The notes: a model not told the origin generated them from the sequence alone. Counted from the stretch's first letter, positions 10,620 through 24,019 are shown. The stretch is DNA of 64,000 nt from Terriglobia bacterium (GCA_963719335.1 CAVRBR010000004.1:8524-72523), one strand, 5' to 3'. Made by a program: numbers and translations.

Positions 10620-13600
10620 TCAGAAATTCAGCTTCAGGCCCAATTGGAGGACGCGGTACGACTCGCCGGTCGAGACGACGTTGCTCGAACTCGGCAGCGA
10701 CACCGTCAGGCAGCAGGTTTGCCCGAAGGTCGTGCTGGTGATGGTGGGACTGCCCGTGCTCGCGGCCAAGGGCGAAGCGAAATTCGGATGATTCAGAGCA
10801 TTGAATGCTTCCGCCCGGAACTGCAGCTTAAACCGCTCCGTCAGCTCAAAGTTCTTCAGCAGCCCGCCATCGAGATTCCAGAACGGGGGCGCGAACGCGA
10901 GATTTCTCCCGCTGCCATACGAACCCGGAGGCGGAATGCAGAAGTATGTCTGGCCCCCGCTAAGCCCGACACAATCATAATGCGGATCAGCCGGGTTGGT
11001 GATCAACGAACTGGCTTGGTACATCACCGGGCCGTTGACGCCATTCACAAACTGCAGCTGACCCTGGTTCATTGGTCCTTCAATCAGCGCCGAGCTGACG
11101 TGCGCGCCATTCGCCGTACGGATTCCGGAATTGATGGTGTACGGTTCGCCGCTCTGAAAGGTGAAAATCCCGGTCATCGACCACCCGCCGACAATTTCGT
11201 TCAGCCAGCGCGGCGCCTGGGAAAGAAACGTCTTTCCGTGGCCGAACGGGAACTCGTAAACCATGTTGACAAGCAGTACATGAAAGTTGTTGAAATCGGA
11301 AAGCGCCCGATCGAGGCGGAAATTGTGGACGTCGGTTGGCGTTCGGGAGAAGCTGGTAGCGCTCAGCCCGCCGCTGGTAACGGCACCGGTGGGGTCCACC
11401 GACATGTCGTCAATGGACTTGCTGAAAGTATATGAAAGGCCCAGAGTCAGGCCCTGCTCGTAGCGGCGATGTAACGCAAAGAAGAGGCCCTCGTAATAGG
11501 AATCGCCGCCTGCGTCCTGGTAGAAGATCGACGAGAACTGAGGATTGGGGCGGAAATAATTCGCTGGAAATCCCTTGGCGAGCAGCCAACTGGAGGTAGC
11601 CTGACTATCCAGGCGAAGCGCCATGTTACCGATGTTGCCGCGCTGCAAATCCGCCAAGGAGGTCGAGCTGTTGATAAAGGAAGCGGAGGAAAGCTTCAGA
11701 AGCAACGTCGGCGTCTGGCCGCCAGTGCCCGTCGGACAGCCCGTTCCATCGGCCTTGCAGCCAGACAGAACGTTCGCGCGCGCAACATCGAATGATTGCA
11801 GGAATCCCGGTTGATCGGTGGAGATTTGGTTCAGGTCGTAGGCGCGATAGAGGTGCGTGCCGCGTTTGCCGACATAGCCGATTTCGGAAACGACGTGCAG
11901 CGGAAGTTCGCGCTGAATGGTCAGGTCCCATTCGTGCACCGTGGGGTTTTGAAGATTCGGATCGAACGCGCCGACCGCGGGCGCCAGATTGTAAGGCGCG
12001 GGCGGCGGGGAGAGACCCACCGAGGGGGTGATGCTTGGCGCCGCAATATTCAGCGGATAGCCTTGTGAGATTCGGTTCAGGGTCCCTGGCGGCGTGGTAC
12101 AGCCGGCGGTCGTGCTGATGTTGCCGCTTCCATCGGTAGTCGAGGTGCAATTCTGCAGGAATCCCGGCGTCAGACCCGCCATCGCGGTGACCTGGAACGT
12201 TGAGAGCGTATCGAAGAACATGCCGTAGCCGACGCGCACCGCCGTCTTCTGGTCCGGGGACCAGGCGATTCCCAGGCGCGGCGCGACGGCGTCAAGATTG
12301 CTGTTCTTGAACCAACTCCCCGCCTTTACAAACGTAACCGGCCCCTGAGAACCGTCGATGGGAAGGTTGGGAACAAGTGTTTGCTGAGCATCGTAGGGCG
12401 GAGGATTAAACTCCCAGCGGAGTCCGACGTTCATCGTCAGGTTGGGGCGGATCTTCCACTCGTCGGAAATGTAGGTATCGTATTCATGCATCCGCGTGTA
12501 GACCGTGGCATATTGGGCGGCCTGGTATTGATTGCTGTTGAAATTGGCGAGGTAACCTTGCTGGATCAAATAAGGGATGCCGCCCTCTTCCACGATCGCC
12601 TGCTGCAAGCTATTGATATCGCCCGAATACGGCGCGGTGGCCGGGTTGCCGCCGATCTCTCCGGGGATGTTGTTGAAGTTGCCTGGGCGCTGAGCGCCGT
12701 TGAACGAAATCCACGGAACCACTGCCTTGCTGCCGAAAAATCCGCGGCTGTCGTTGTGGATATACCAGCGGTCGTTGATGCCGACATGAAACGTGTGCGC
12801 GCCGTAGGCCTTGGTCACGTTATCCACCAATTGCGGCGTCGTGACCGCGCGCGCCGTGTGTGGCGAAATGCAGTAGGGACTCGTGATGTTGATAAAAGAA
12901 CCGAAAAGGCACTGGTCCGACCATGGTGGAAGCTTGGCTGGATTCCCGAAATTCGGGTTCGATTCGCCAAACGTGAAGACGAAGGCAAAGCGATTGAATC
13001 CCATGGTCAGCTCGTTGACTAAAGTCGGCGAAAAGGTATGCCGGTAGCTCACTGCCAGGTTCCTGCCGATGCGGTCGGCTTCGCCGAGCGGCGGGTAGCC
13101 GGGGAAGACCATCGGCCGATCATTGGTGAAATCGCCTTCCGTCGTATTGTAGGTATTCTGCAGCCACCTCACGAATAGATTGTCATTCGGCCCGAACGTA
13201 TGGTCCACGCGGCCCATGATCTGCGGGCCGGTAAATTTGGAAGGCGGGTTCCAAGTGTAGCCGCCGATATTCAAACCATCTCCGCGCGCTGCAAAGTTGT
13301 TCGGCAGCGGTTCGCCATCGATCAGGCCCATGGTTGCCGGATCGCCGCCGATGCCCCGCGGATCGTTGGCGAAAATGTTGTAGCTATCGACGCAATTCTG
13401 GAATCCGTTGGCCGCGCCGCACGTGGCGATTCCCGGCAGCAGATTGCCGCTTCCATCCACCAGAGCGGGCGAGTTTTGGCTGTACGTTTTCCCGTTCGCC
13501 GTCACGGTTCCGCGCACGAATCGGAAAATGCCGTTCCGCATCGCCGAGGTATACACGCCCGGCGTCGTGCCGAACGCCGCGGAAATCGGCTGGCTCAGCG

Positions 13601-14520
13601 TGATCAGATTGGGCTGGATGCTGAAAAAGAAAAAGGTCTTGTTCTTGATAATCGGCCCGCCGATGTCGCCGCCATATTGATTCAGCTTCAGTTGCGGAGG
13701 CGCGATACGGGACGCGTTGTTAAACCACTCATTGGCATTGAAGTCGGTGTTGCGGAGGAAATAGAACGCAGTGCCATGCACGCTGTTGGTGCCTGCTTTC
13801 GTAGCGACCTCCACGTTCGCCCCGCTGTTGCGGCCGGCCTCCGCCGTAGCGTCAAGCGTGATCGTGCGGAATTCCTGCACATCGTCGGGTTGCAAGCGTT
13901 GCAGATTCGATTGAGGATTGGGCACGGTCGACTCGTTGGCGTCAATGCCGTCGATGGTGACGTTGTGCGCGCGGTCGCGAGAACCGAACACGTGGGTGCC
14001 CGAACCCGTGTTTGAATTGGTGCGCTGCACCACTCCGGGCTCAAGCGTGAGCAGGGCCAGCGGGTTGCGTCCATTCAGCGGTAAATTCACCGCTTGCTGC
14101 GCGGTTATGACGTCGCTGATGGTGGCATCGCTGGTATCGATGCGCTGATAGCTGCCTGCCACCTCCACTTTTTCGTTCGCCGCGCCTACCTTCAACGTCG
14201 CATTCACCACCAGCGGCTCGCCCACCGTCAGCACATTGTCTATGGCGACATACGTCTCAAACCCCGGCTTCGATACGGTAATGCTGTACCGTCCCGGAGC
14301 CAATGACGCGAATGAGTAATTCCCAGTGCCGGTCGTGGCGCCGTCGTACACCAGGCCCGTATCTCTCATTCTTAGCCTGAACGCTGGCGCCCGGCATCAT
14401 GGCGCCGGAACTGTCCGTGACCACTCCCGTGATGGACGAGGTGCTGACTTGCGCCCACGAAGGGGCCGAAATCAGCATGGAAAAGAAAACGATCGATAAT
14501 ACGCTTACTGTGTTCCGCAT
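10620..14520 (-). pseudogene. TonB-dependent receptor with N-terminal carboxypeptidase-regulatory-like domain (one frameshift near 14360)
   Basis: 14257..14520 encodes the signal peptide plus the CarboxypepD_reg start (AQVSTSSITGVVTDSSGAMMPGASVQAKNE). 10620..14369 continues in another frame (TGLVYDGATTGTGNYSFASLAPGRYSITVSKPGFE) into the plug and a very large beta-barrel ending LQLGLKLNF. Confidence 0.88.
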
Positions 14521-14613
14521 GTGTGCTCTCCGCTCAGGATCGATCCGGTCGATACGCGATAACCTGAGTCCCGTTGGAGTGAAATTCTATCATCTGGGCA
14601 ATAGCCACACCAT

Positions 14614-16146
14614 ATGCTTCTAGTCCGAGTACTGCTCTTTCTAATCGGCGCCGCGTTATTTGCGCAAGATCTCGACATTCTTGATTCGCAACGGCACCGT
14701 CCTCGACGGCTCCGGCTCACCCGAGAGAAAGGTCGACATCGGAATCTCCGGGGATCGCATTGTGCTGATCGGGAATGGCGCCGGGAAGCGCGCCAGGCGT
14801 GAGATCGATGCGGGGGGCTTGGTCGTCGCTCCCGGTTTCATCGATCCTCACACCCACACGCTCGAGGATCTCTCGGATCCCGAAGCGGCATCGCAACGAT
14901 GCTTACTTGATGCAGGGTGTCACGACTGTTTTCACCGGGAACGACGGAGAGGGCCCGGTTCAAACCGGGGCGACGCTGGACAAATGGAAACGGCAGGGTA
15001 TCGGCACAAACGCCGCTTTGTTCATAGGTGAAGGCGCAATACGCCGCGAAGTGATGGGCATGTCCGACGCTGCGCCGACCGCCGAACAACTGGATGCGAT
15101 GAAGCGCCTCGTGGAGCGGGGTATGCAACAGGGCGCTATCGGAATGTCGACTGGTCTTTACTACGCGCCGGGCAGTTTTGCCGCGACAGGGGAAATCATC
15201 GAGCTCGCCAAAGTAGCTGCCACGAATGGCGGCGTGTATGACACGCACATGCGCGACGAAAGCTCCTATTCGATCGGCCTCATCGGTTCGGTGCAGGAGA
15301 CCATCCGTATCGGTAAGGAAGCTGGAATCCCGGTCCACATCTCGCATATCAAAGCGCTCGGGAAAGATGTGTGGGGCAAGAGTTCGGAAGTGATCGCCAT
15401 TGTGCGCGCGGCGCGTGCGCAAGGAGTAAACATCACTGCCAGCCAATACCCGTATATCGCGTCCGGCACCAGTGTTTCGGCTTCACTCGTTCCGCGATGG
15501 GCGGAAGTGGGCGGCTCGGCTGAACTGCTTAAGCGCATCGCCGATCCAGTCGTCCGGTCCCGCTTGATTGCCGACATGACTCGGAACCTCGATCGCCGCG
15601 GCGGCCCTGAGTCGCTTCTCATGACTTCCTCGCGCGACAAGCAGATCGTCGGCAAAACTCTCGATCAGATCGCTAAAGAACGCGGAGAGTCGCCGATTGA
15701 CGCGGCGCTCGAAATCATTAAGGCCGGAGGCGCGGGAGTTGCGTCCTTCAATATGCGGGAGGACGATGTGAGAAATTTCATGCGCGCAAGACTGGGTTAT
15801 GACCTGCTCCGACGGTTCGACGGGCCACCCTCGCAAATACGGGACTTTCCCCCGCAAGTTGCGCAAATACGTCTTCGATGAACACGTCATCACGCTTCCG
15901 TTCGCCATCCGTTCCAGCACTTCGCTGACTGCCGATACCTTTGGCCTCAAAAAGCGCGGGCTTCTTAAAGCAGGCTATTTCGCCGACGTGGTCGTTTTCG
16001 ATCCAAAGACTATTCGGGATCGTGCCACTTTCGCCGAGCCTGAACTTCTTTCAACGGGCGTTCGCTATCTGCTGGTGAATGGGAAATTAGCCGTCGACGA
16101 GGGGCAATTGACGGACACGCTGGCCGGGCAGACGTTGACGCACTGA
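14614..16146 (+). pseudogene. N-acyl-D-amino-acid deacylase (D-aminoacylase) family amidohydrolase, several frameshifts
   Basis: The fragments are:
- a signal peptide at 14614 (MLLVRVLLFLIGAALFAQ);
- 14660..15031 (IRNGTVLDGSG...VVAPGFIDPHTHT);
- 14775..15881 (YLMQGVTTVFTGNDG...VHISHIKA...);
- 15799..16146 (LKAGYFADVVVFDPKTIRDRATF...LLVNGKLAV). Confidence 0.85.
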
Positions 16147-16170
16147 GCACAGGCGCGTACATCTCAGAAG

Positions 16171-16983
16171 ATGTATTCTCTCCGGCTGACGTGTACTGCT
16201 ACGGATGTGGATCTGCTGTCGGCCGAGCTGTGGGATGCCGGTACGGAGGGCATTCAGGAGATAGATGCCGGCGAAAAGACGATTCTGATTGCTGCGTTTA
16301 ACGGCAACAGCGCGCGCGATGACTTGCTTGCGCGGTTCGCATCGTACTCACCCGAATGGCAGCACGCCGATGGAATTGATTGGGTTCGACGGACTCGGGA
16401 CGCATGGCCGGCACGCTCGATCGGGTCGCGGCTGTTTTTGGCTCCGCTCTGGAACGCTGATACGACACCTCCTGGGCGCGAGCGCCTCATCCACAATCCG
16501 GGTCTTGCCTGCGGAACGGGCGAACATCCGTGTACACAACTCGCCTTGACGGCTTTAGAAGCATGCGTGACTCCGGGCTGCAGCGTGGTCGATGTGGGAA
16601 CCGGATCGGGCATTCTCGCGATTGCTGCGCTGCGGCTGGGTGCTGAAACAGCCGCGGGCATCGACATCGATGTGGCGGCGCTCCAGGCCGCAAGCGAAAA
16701 CTTCCTGCTGAACAAGCTCACGCCAACGCTCGCCGCCGGATCCGCCGAATGCGTGGCGGATGAATCCGCGGATGTGACCGTCGCTAATATTAGCGGCAGC
16801 GTGCTACTCTCCATTATCGATCAATTGGTGCGCATCACGCGCGTCGACGGCTGCTTGATCCTGACCGGCTTTCCAGAGACGGAACTGCGGCCGTTTCAAC
16901 GGATTTTTCCGGACGCCGAAATCTCGCAAGTTGCGATCTCGCAAAGAAGCGAGTGGTGCTGCCTGACGATCAGGCTTTCTTAA
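16171..16983 (+). CDS. prmA: Ribosomal protein L11 methyltransferase
   Basis: 270 aa. It has the PrmA N-domain followed by the SAM motif VVDVGTGSGILAIAALRLGA and DIDVAALQAA. Confidence 0.85.
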   Translation: MYSLRLTCTATDVDLLSAELWDAGTEGIQEIDAGEKTILIAAFNGNSARDDLLARFASYSPEWQHADGIDWVRRTRDAWPARSIGSRLFLAPLWNADTTPPGRERLIHNPGLACGTGEHPCTQLALTALEACVTPGCSVVDVGTGSGILAIAALRLGAETAAGIDIDVAALQAASENFLLNKLTPTLAAGSAECVADESADVTVANISGSVLLSIIDQLVRITRVDGCLILTGFPETELRPFQRIFPDAEISQVAISQRSEWCCLTIRLS

Positions 16984-19580
16984 CGCGTTTAGCCGGTCGC
17001 TTCGCCGGCGTTGGAGCTTTCTCTTCCGCACCCAGCGATTGCAGGCGATCCAACGCGTCTTCGAGTTTTTGACCCCCTTCTAACACGGGCGCAAACAGAT
17101 CTCCCACATGCTTGAATCGCTCGATGGTGTTATCGATGTGGAAATCCGTCGGGCCGCAAGCCGCGCTTCACTTCTTTCCAATCGAGCGGCGTCGCCACTG
17201 GCGCGCCATCATAGGCGCGGACCACGTACGGCGCGGCGATGGTTTTGCCGGTTCCGATTTGCAGATAGTCGAAATAGACGCGGCCTTTCTTGCGTTTTCC
17301 GACGCTGCGCGGCGTGGTAAAAGGTTGGGCTCGCGATCGACAGCCAGATGCGACAACAACTCGGCGAAGCTGCGCACCTGCTCGTAGGTGTAGATCGGCT
17401 CGAGCGGCACGTACACGTGCATGCCGTCCCCGCCGGTCGTTTTCGGATAGCCTTTCAAACCGAGCTCGTCCAGCAATTCGCGGACGAGAAGCGCCGCTTC
17501 GACAATTTGATCGAAAGAGGTTTCGACGGGATCGAGATCGAGCAGCATCCAGTCGGGATGATCCAGGTTGCCGGCGCGGCTCATCCAGGGATTCTGGTCG
17601 ATGCAGCCGAGATTCACCAGATAAAGAAGACTGGCGCGATCGTTCCGCGATCGGATAGTGATTCATTTTCGGCGGATGGTGCTCGGTGATCGGCTCGCAA
17701 CGCATCCAATCGGGGAAATGGCTGCCCGCATTTTTCTGAAAGAAGAATTCGTCGCGCGATGCCGTTCGGGTAACGCTTCATCGAGAGCGGGCGGTCTTTC
17801 AAATGCGGCAGCAGCCAGGGTGAAACCCGATCGTAGAACTGCGAGCAGATCGCGCTTCTTCCAGCCCTCTTTCGGAAAGAACACTTTGTCGAGGTTGGTG
17901 AATTTCAGCCGGTGCCCATCGACATCCGCAGTGACCTCGCGGCCGCTCAGGTCAAGCGATTCGTTCTGCTGCTCCGATACAGGTCCCGGCACTACGCTTT
18001 CCGTGCGCGACGGTCTCTTCCCGCACGACTTCCTGCGGCGATTTGTCATCCCGCAAGGCCGACAAAAACCGGAGCGCGCAGGATGCCGTCCTGCGTCCAT
18101 TCGAGAAAACGCACCTGGCAGACAACTTCCGGCCGCACCCAGGTCACGTTCTTGAGTCCTGTCCGGATGTTCGGCTTTTTCGCGAACGGGCTCGTCTTCG
18201 TGATCAGCGGCTTCAGGCGCTCATAGATCGCCTTCATCAGCTTCTGATCGAAGCCCGTGCCTACTTGCCCGGCGTGCCGCAGCTTTGCCGTTTTCCCGCA
18301 CGCCCAGCACCAGCGCGCCGAAGTAGTCGCGCTCTCCTTTGGTGAAGCCCGCGATGAGAATTCCTGCTCGTTCAGGACCTTGAGCTTCAGCCAGCGCGTC
18401 GAGCGGCCGGCTTCATAGGTGCTTGCGCGGTCCTTTGCAAGAATGCCTTCGAGGCCCATTTGCCGGGCGGCTTCGAACATGTGCTCGCCGTCGGTATCGA
18501 ATGCCTCGGAAATGCGAATGTGTTCGCTCGGGCGTGACGAGTGCGTTCAGCAGGCGCTTGCGTTCTTCGAGCGCGACACCGCGCAGATCGTATCCGTCGG
18601 CATACAGAATGTCGAAGAGAAAGAGCGTGGCGGGCGTGGTTTCGGCCAAATGCGGCACGGCGTTCGAGATTCGCGGCGATGCGCGGCTGGATCATTGCGA
18701 AGCGGGCGCGGCCTTGCTCGTCGAGAACGCAGATTTCGCCGTCAAGCCAGGCGTTCTTCGCATTCACCTGGCTCGCCAGATCGCGCAGCTCAGGATACTG
18801 ATTTTCGCAGCGGTTGCCGCGGCGCGAGTGAATCTCGAGCAGCACCGTTTTTCAGCAGGCAAAGCGCCCGCACGCCATCCCATTTGATTTCATAAAGCCA
18901 ATGCGAGCCGCGGGGCGGCTTGGTGACTGCGGTCGCGAGCATCGGTTCGAGATGCGAAGGCACGGCGGCTTTACGCGCGCCCGGGAGATCGGCGACGCTC
19001 AGCGGCTCGACGTTTTCCGCAATCTCTTCTTGCGTGCGTTTGGTCGCGACGCTCCAGGCAAATTGATTGATGTCGTAATCGGGAACGACAAACTCGTCTT
19101 TTTTCTTGATCAGCAGCCATTCGTTGCCCTTTCCCGCGTGCTTCATGTGCACGATGGCGAAGGAGCCTTTCAGCTTGGTGCCGTGCAGCTCGAATTTGAA
19201 ATCGCCGCGATCCAGTTGCTCCTGCGCCGGAGCGTCGCCGAGAACGTCATAGGTGCCTTTGTCCCACAGCATGACGCTGCCGCCGCCGTAATTGCCCTTC
19301 GGGATGTTGCCTTCGAACGTGCCGTAGTCGAACGGATGATCTTCCACTTTCATGGCCAGCGCTTTGCGCGCGGGATCGAGGCTGGGACCTTTCGGAACCG
19401 CCCAACTGACAAGCACGCCATTCACTTCCAGGCGGAAATCGTAGTGCAGGCGAGTGGCATCGTGCCGCTGCACGCAGAAGAAGCCGCCGCGACCCGCGCG
19501 TTTTCGCGGCAGGCTCTTTCGGCGTAGGCTCCGGCGTCTTGTCGAAAGTGCCGTTTGCGCGCGTATTCCTTCAGGCCCAT
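16970..19580 (-). pseudogene. ligD: ATP-dependent DNA ligase D (phosphoesterase-ligase-polymerase), heavily frameshifted
   Basis: The N-terminus MGLKEYARKRHF (ATG 19578-19580) is followed by DKTPEP. The PE domain (FCVQRHDATRLHYDFRLE) and the ligase KxDG motif (LYEIKWDGVRAL) lie in 18790..19695. The ligase/OB parts are in 18046..18845. The primase-polymerase domain is in 17130..18100 (LLDLDP, TGGDGMHVYVPL). The C-terminus FHIDNTIERFKHVGDLFAPVL...KRVKKA* is in yet another frame, ending at 16970 and overlapping the prmA 3' end by 14 bp. I traced at least 8 frame changes. Confidence 0.85.
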
Positions 19581-19671
19581 AGCATGCCGCCATTATGCCA
19601 ACGTTCGCCACCGCCAGTGCGAGTCGAACCGCTGCTAATCTGAATGTACATCGCCCATTCGCTTTCGTTCG

Positions 19672-21552
19672 CATGAACTTCGCCGAGCAGCTCAAGAGTC
19701 AGCTCAACATTGTTGATGTGGTCGGCCAATACGTGCGCCTGAAGCGGCAAGGAGCGGGACCGCGCTAGTCGGGTTGTGCCCGTTTCATTCGGAGAAGACG
19801 CCCTCATTCGGCGTTCACAGCACGCTTCAGCTCTACAAGTGCTTCGGCTGCGATGCCGGCGGCGACGTTTTCAAGTTTGTCATGGAGCATGAACGCCTGA
19901 CGTTTCCGGAAACGCTGAAACTTCTGGCTGAGCGCTATGGCATTCCCATGCCGCAGCGCGAGCGGTTCGACGATCCGGAAGCGCAGCGGCGCGCGGCGCT
20001 GTTTGAGATGCATGAGATCGCGGCCGGGAGTTTTTCAGAACAATCTGCGCGGGCCGGCAGGCAGCGAGACGCGCAGTATATCTGGAATCGCGCGGCGTGT
20101 CGCGAGCGGCGATGGATGAGTTCCGGCTGGGGCTGTCGGATGCCTCAGGACAGCAGTTGATCGAGCGATTGCAGAAATTCGGCCCGGAGCTGCTCGAAGA
20201 GTCCGGGCTGGCCATGAAGCGCAGAGACGACGGCGGCTTTTACGATCGTTTCCGGGCGCGGCTGATGTTTCCGATCCACAACGAATCCGGGCAAAGTGAT
20301 CGCATTCGGCGGGCGAGCGCTGCGGCCGGACGACGAGCCGAAATATTTGAATTCGCCCGAAACGAAGATCTACAAAAAGTCCACGGTACTTTACAACCTG
20401 CATCGCGCCAAGATCGACGCGCGGAAACACGACCGCATGATTTTGGTCGAAGGATACATGGACGTGATCGGGGTCTATTCGGCGGGCATTCACGAAGTGG
20501 TGGCGAGCAGCGGCACGTCGCTTGCCATAGAACAGGTGCGAGCGATCAAGCGCCAGGTTTCGCAGCAGCAGGCGAGCACGGGCCAGGTGATCCTGAATTT
20601 CGATCCGGATGCGGCCGGCGATGCGATCAACCGAGAAGTACATCGGCACGCTGCTGGCCGAAGGACTGCGCGTGAAGGTGCTGGAGATTCCGGGCGGGCT
20701 CGATCCCGACGAATACATCCAGCAGAACGGCGCCGAGTGCGTATCGAAGCTTGCTCGAGCGGGCGACTTCTTATTTTCATTGGCTGGCGGATCGCGCCAG
20801 AGACAAAGTTCGACATGCGAACGGCGGAAGGCCGGGTGGATGCGTTCAAGTTTCTGTTGCCCGTTCTGCAGCAGGTGAATGACCGAATCGAGCGCGCCGC
20901 CATCGCGAATGAACTGGCGGAGTACTTGAATGTGGACCGCGAAGTGATGCACGAACAGTCTGCGACGCATCTCGCCGACAGCTACGCTGCTCAGAAGCCG
21001 CACGATCTTTCGTCCGCCATTCCGCCGAATGAGAAGCTGCTGCTCGCTGTCTGCTTGCGAGCGCCGACGCCGCCCGTCGATCAACAATATCTGCGCCGCG
21101 CGGACATGCTGCCGATTCTGGAGCTCAGAGCCGATTTTCGAAGCCGTGCTGGCACTTGAGAACGAAGGCGTTCCATTTTCCCTGGAAGCGGTTGCAGCCA
21201 GTCTGGATGCTCGCGCATGCAAAGCATCTTGACGGAGTTGGGCTTTTCGGATCGGGCATCGCGAGGAAGACGCGGCCAGCAGGCTCTGCGATTGTCTGGA
21301 AGCCTTGAAACAAAGTCAGTCAGCACTGCGCGGGACCGTCTGCGGCAGCAGATTCGCGAGCTGGAGCATGAAGGAAATTTTGCAGAAGCGCTACGCTTAG
21401 CCGATGAGTTGGATAAGATGAAACAGCGCGTCTACGAGGGTGTGAATCGTGTTGTACTATGGGGAGTCGAGGAACTGCAGGGGTGCCTCGGCAGATTCTC
21501 GGGGTTAGAGCCGTTCCGACTTTCTTCCCGCCGATCGATCGAGCAAGATTGA
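19672..21552 (+). pseudogene. dnaG: DNA primase DnaG, frameshifted at several sites (3' end uncertain, about 21440-21552)
   Basis: N-terminus at 19672 (MNFAEQLKSQLNIVDVVGQYVRLKRQG). Zinc finger in 19774..20160 (CPFHSEKTPSF...YKCFGCDAGGDVFKF). RNAP core in 20097..20675. TOPRIM in 20296..21159 (MILVEGYMDVIGVYSAG). C-terminal helical part in 21217..21552. Confidence 0.88.
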
Positions 21553-21561
21553 TGAAGGCAG

Positions 21562-23226
21562 TTGATGCAAGACAGTAACGACAAGGGCTTCGCTCTCTAC
21601 GACGATGTGAGCGGAGTTGTGCGCGAAGATCTAGCCAACGGAAGCGATCTGAACGATTTGTTCGCGGACTGGAAGCGCGCCGGTCGAACTGCTGGAAGAA
21701 CCAAAGGAATTTGGGAAGAAAGACGACGAGGTCGAAGATCTTTCCGATCTCGATCTCACTCCCGGCGCTCTCGACAAGAGCAACGATTCGGTTCGCGTTT
21801 ACTTGCGCGAGATGGGCATGGTGCCGCTGCTCACGCGCGAGGGCGAGATCGAACTCGCCAAGCGCATCGAACGCGGGCAGAATGCGGTTCGCAAGGCGCT
21901 ATCGCGCTCGCGGCTGGTGATCCAGACTTCTGCTCGACACCAAGCACAACGTGGAGCGCGGGGCGCATTTCCGTTCTCGACGTCCTGCAGGCACCCGACC
22001 CGCAGGCCGGCCGCGACGAAGAGGAAGTGCTGCGCTCACTGAAAAAGCAGTTGGTCGATGCGATGCAGGAGATCGAAAAGCTGTATCGCAAAGCGCAGCA
22101 GACCCAGCAAAAGCTGATCAGCACGTCGCGCAACATGAAGCCGAAGCAGCACCGGAAACTGCGCTTTGAGTATGCGCGGCTGATGGTCTGCGATCTCGCG
22201 CCAGATCCGGGCCATTCCGTTCGCTCCGCGTTTTCAGCGTTCGCTTGAGCGATGCTTTGAAGAAAGATCGTCGATCAGGTGAAGCCGCTCGAACAGGAAA
22301 TCGCGCGGCTGCAGCGCAAGCTCGAACAGCCTCCGGTCGCGGATTCGGGCTCCGCTGCCGTCGATTCGAGAAGGAATTGAAGGCGCTGTCCGACGCAGCT
22401 TCAGATCACTCGAAGATCAGTGCGGCACCACTGCCACGGAGTTGCGGCGGACCTTGCAAATTGTCGAGCGCGGCGAAGTGGAAACCGAATCGCGCCAAGA
22501 AGCGGCTGATTGAAGCGAATCTTCGCCTGGTGGTCTCGGTGGCGAAGCGATATACCAATCGCGGCATGCAGTTCCTGGATCTGATCCAGGAAGGCAACAT
22601 CGGTTTGATGCGCGCGGTGGACAAGTTCGATTACAAGCGCGGCTATAAGTTCTCCACTTACGCGACGTGGTGGGTGCGGCAAGCGGTGACGCGCGCCATC
22701 GCGGATCAGGCGCGTACGATCCGCATTCCCGTGCACATGATCGAAACGATCAACAAGCTGGTCCGTTTGCAGCGCATGATGCAGCAGGAATTGGGCCGCG
22801 AACCGACCACCGAAGAACTGGCGCGTGCGCATGGATCTGACGCCGAGCAAAATGCGGCGCGTGCTGCGCATCGCGCAGGAGCCGATTTCACTGCAGACGC
22901 CGGTGGGCGAGGAAGAAGAATCGAATCTCGGCGATTTCCTGGTCGACAGCAGGATGGTTTCGCCGTCGGAAGCGGTCATCAATCTGAATCTGCGCGAGCA
23001 AACGGCTGAAGTGCTGAAGACGCTCAGCCCGCGCGAAGAGAAGATCGTCAAAATGCGGTTCGGCTTGCAGGACGGAAGCGAGCACACGCTGGAAGAGGTG
23101 GGGCAGAACTTCGCCGTTACGCGAGAGCGCATCCGCCAGATTGAAGCCAAGGCGCTGCGCAAGCTGCGTCATCCCAGCCGCAGTCACCGGCTGCGCAATT
23201 TCCTCGAAAACGGCGCTCCCTCCTAG
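21562..23226 (+). pseudogene. rpoD: RNA polymerase primary sigma factor RpoD, frameshifted at several sites (start uncertain, 21461-21565)
   Basis: Region 1.2 in 21803..22042 ([27 protein letters not shown]). Region 2 in 22245..23009 ([41 protein letters not shown]). Regions 3-4 in 22825..23226 ([10 protein letters not shown]...[30 protein letters not shown]). It directly follows dnaG, the classic arrangement. Confidence 0.9.
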
Positions 23227-23282
23227 ATCCGCATAAGCCGTTCCTCGGCAGCGCGCGGCTGCGCTATCTTGGAGCTTTCCTC

Positions 23283-24006
23283 ATGCCCGAAACAGAAGTT
23301 GCCGTTCCCACGCCGGTCCATCCTGTCACTCCGCCGCGAAAAGTTCCGAAGCCGAAGAACGCCGCCGAACGAAAAGCGCGGCTGAACCGTATTCTTGCTG
23401 AGCTCGACAGGCTGTTTCCCAAGGCCACTTGCGCGCTTCATCATAAGAACGCCTGGCAGCTACTGGTGGCGACGATTCTGTCGGCGCAGTGCACCGATGA
23501 GCGAGTAAACAAGGTCACCCCGGAGCTGTTCAAGAAGTATCCGACCATGCAGGATTTCGCGAACGCATCGCAGGACGAGTTGGCGCAGGACATTCGCTCG
23601 ACCGGCTTTTTCAACAACAAGGCGCGTTCGTTGATCGGAGCGGCGCGAAAAATTCTCGGCGAGTACAAAGGGCAGGTGCCGCGCACGATGGAGGAGCTGC
23701 TGTCGGTTCCTGGCGCGGCGCGAAAGACGGCCAATGTGGTGCTCGGAACGGCGTACGGGATCGCGTCCGGCGTGGTGGTAGACACGCACGTGCAGCGCAT
23801 CTCGCAGCGTCTGGATCTCACGAAGAACACCGATCCGGTGAAGATCGAGCAGGATCTGATGAAGATCGATTCCGCAGGAGCGATGGATCCTGTTCTCGCA
23901 TCAGGTGATCCATTTCGGCCGGCAGATCTGTATCGCCCGCAAGCCGCGCTGCGCTTCGTGCCCGCTGGATCCGATCTGCTACGCCAAGGACAAAACGCTC
24001 GCATGA
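23283..24006 (+). pseudogene. nth: Endonuclease III (one frameshift near 23880-23930)
   Basis: It has LLVATILSAQCTDERVNKVTPELF and the HhH motif LLSVPGAARKTANVVLG. The [4Fe-4S] motif CIARKPRCASCPLDPIC...KTLA* is read in a different frame and ends at TGA 24004-24006. Confidence 0.88.
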
Positions 24007-24019
24007 ACGCTGCGCGCGA

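Noticed and set aside
20035-21222. 395-aa minus-strand ORF opposite dnaG, and similar antisense ORFs (24385..25143, 25267..25980, 12381..13022, 13200..14015, 51227..52390, 50258..50857).
   Set aside because: Each one overlaps a gene with clear family motifs on the other strand. Their composition is typical of GC-rich antisense frames.
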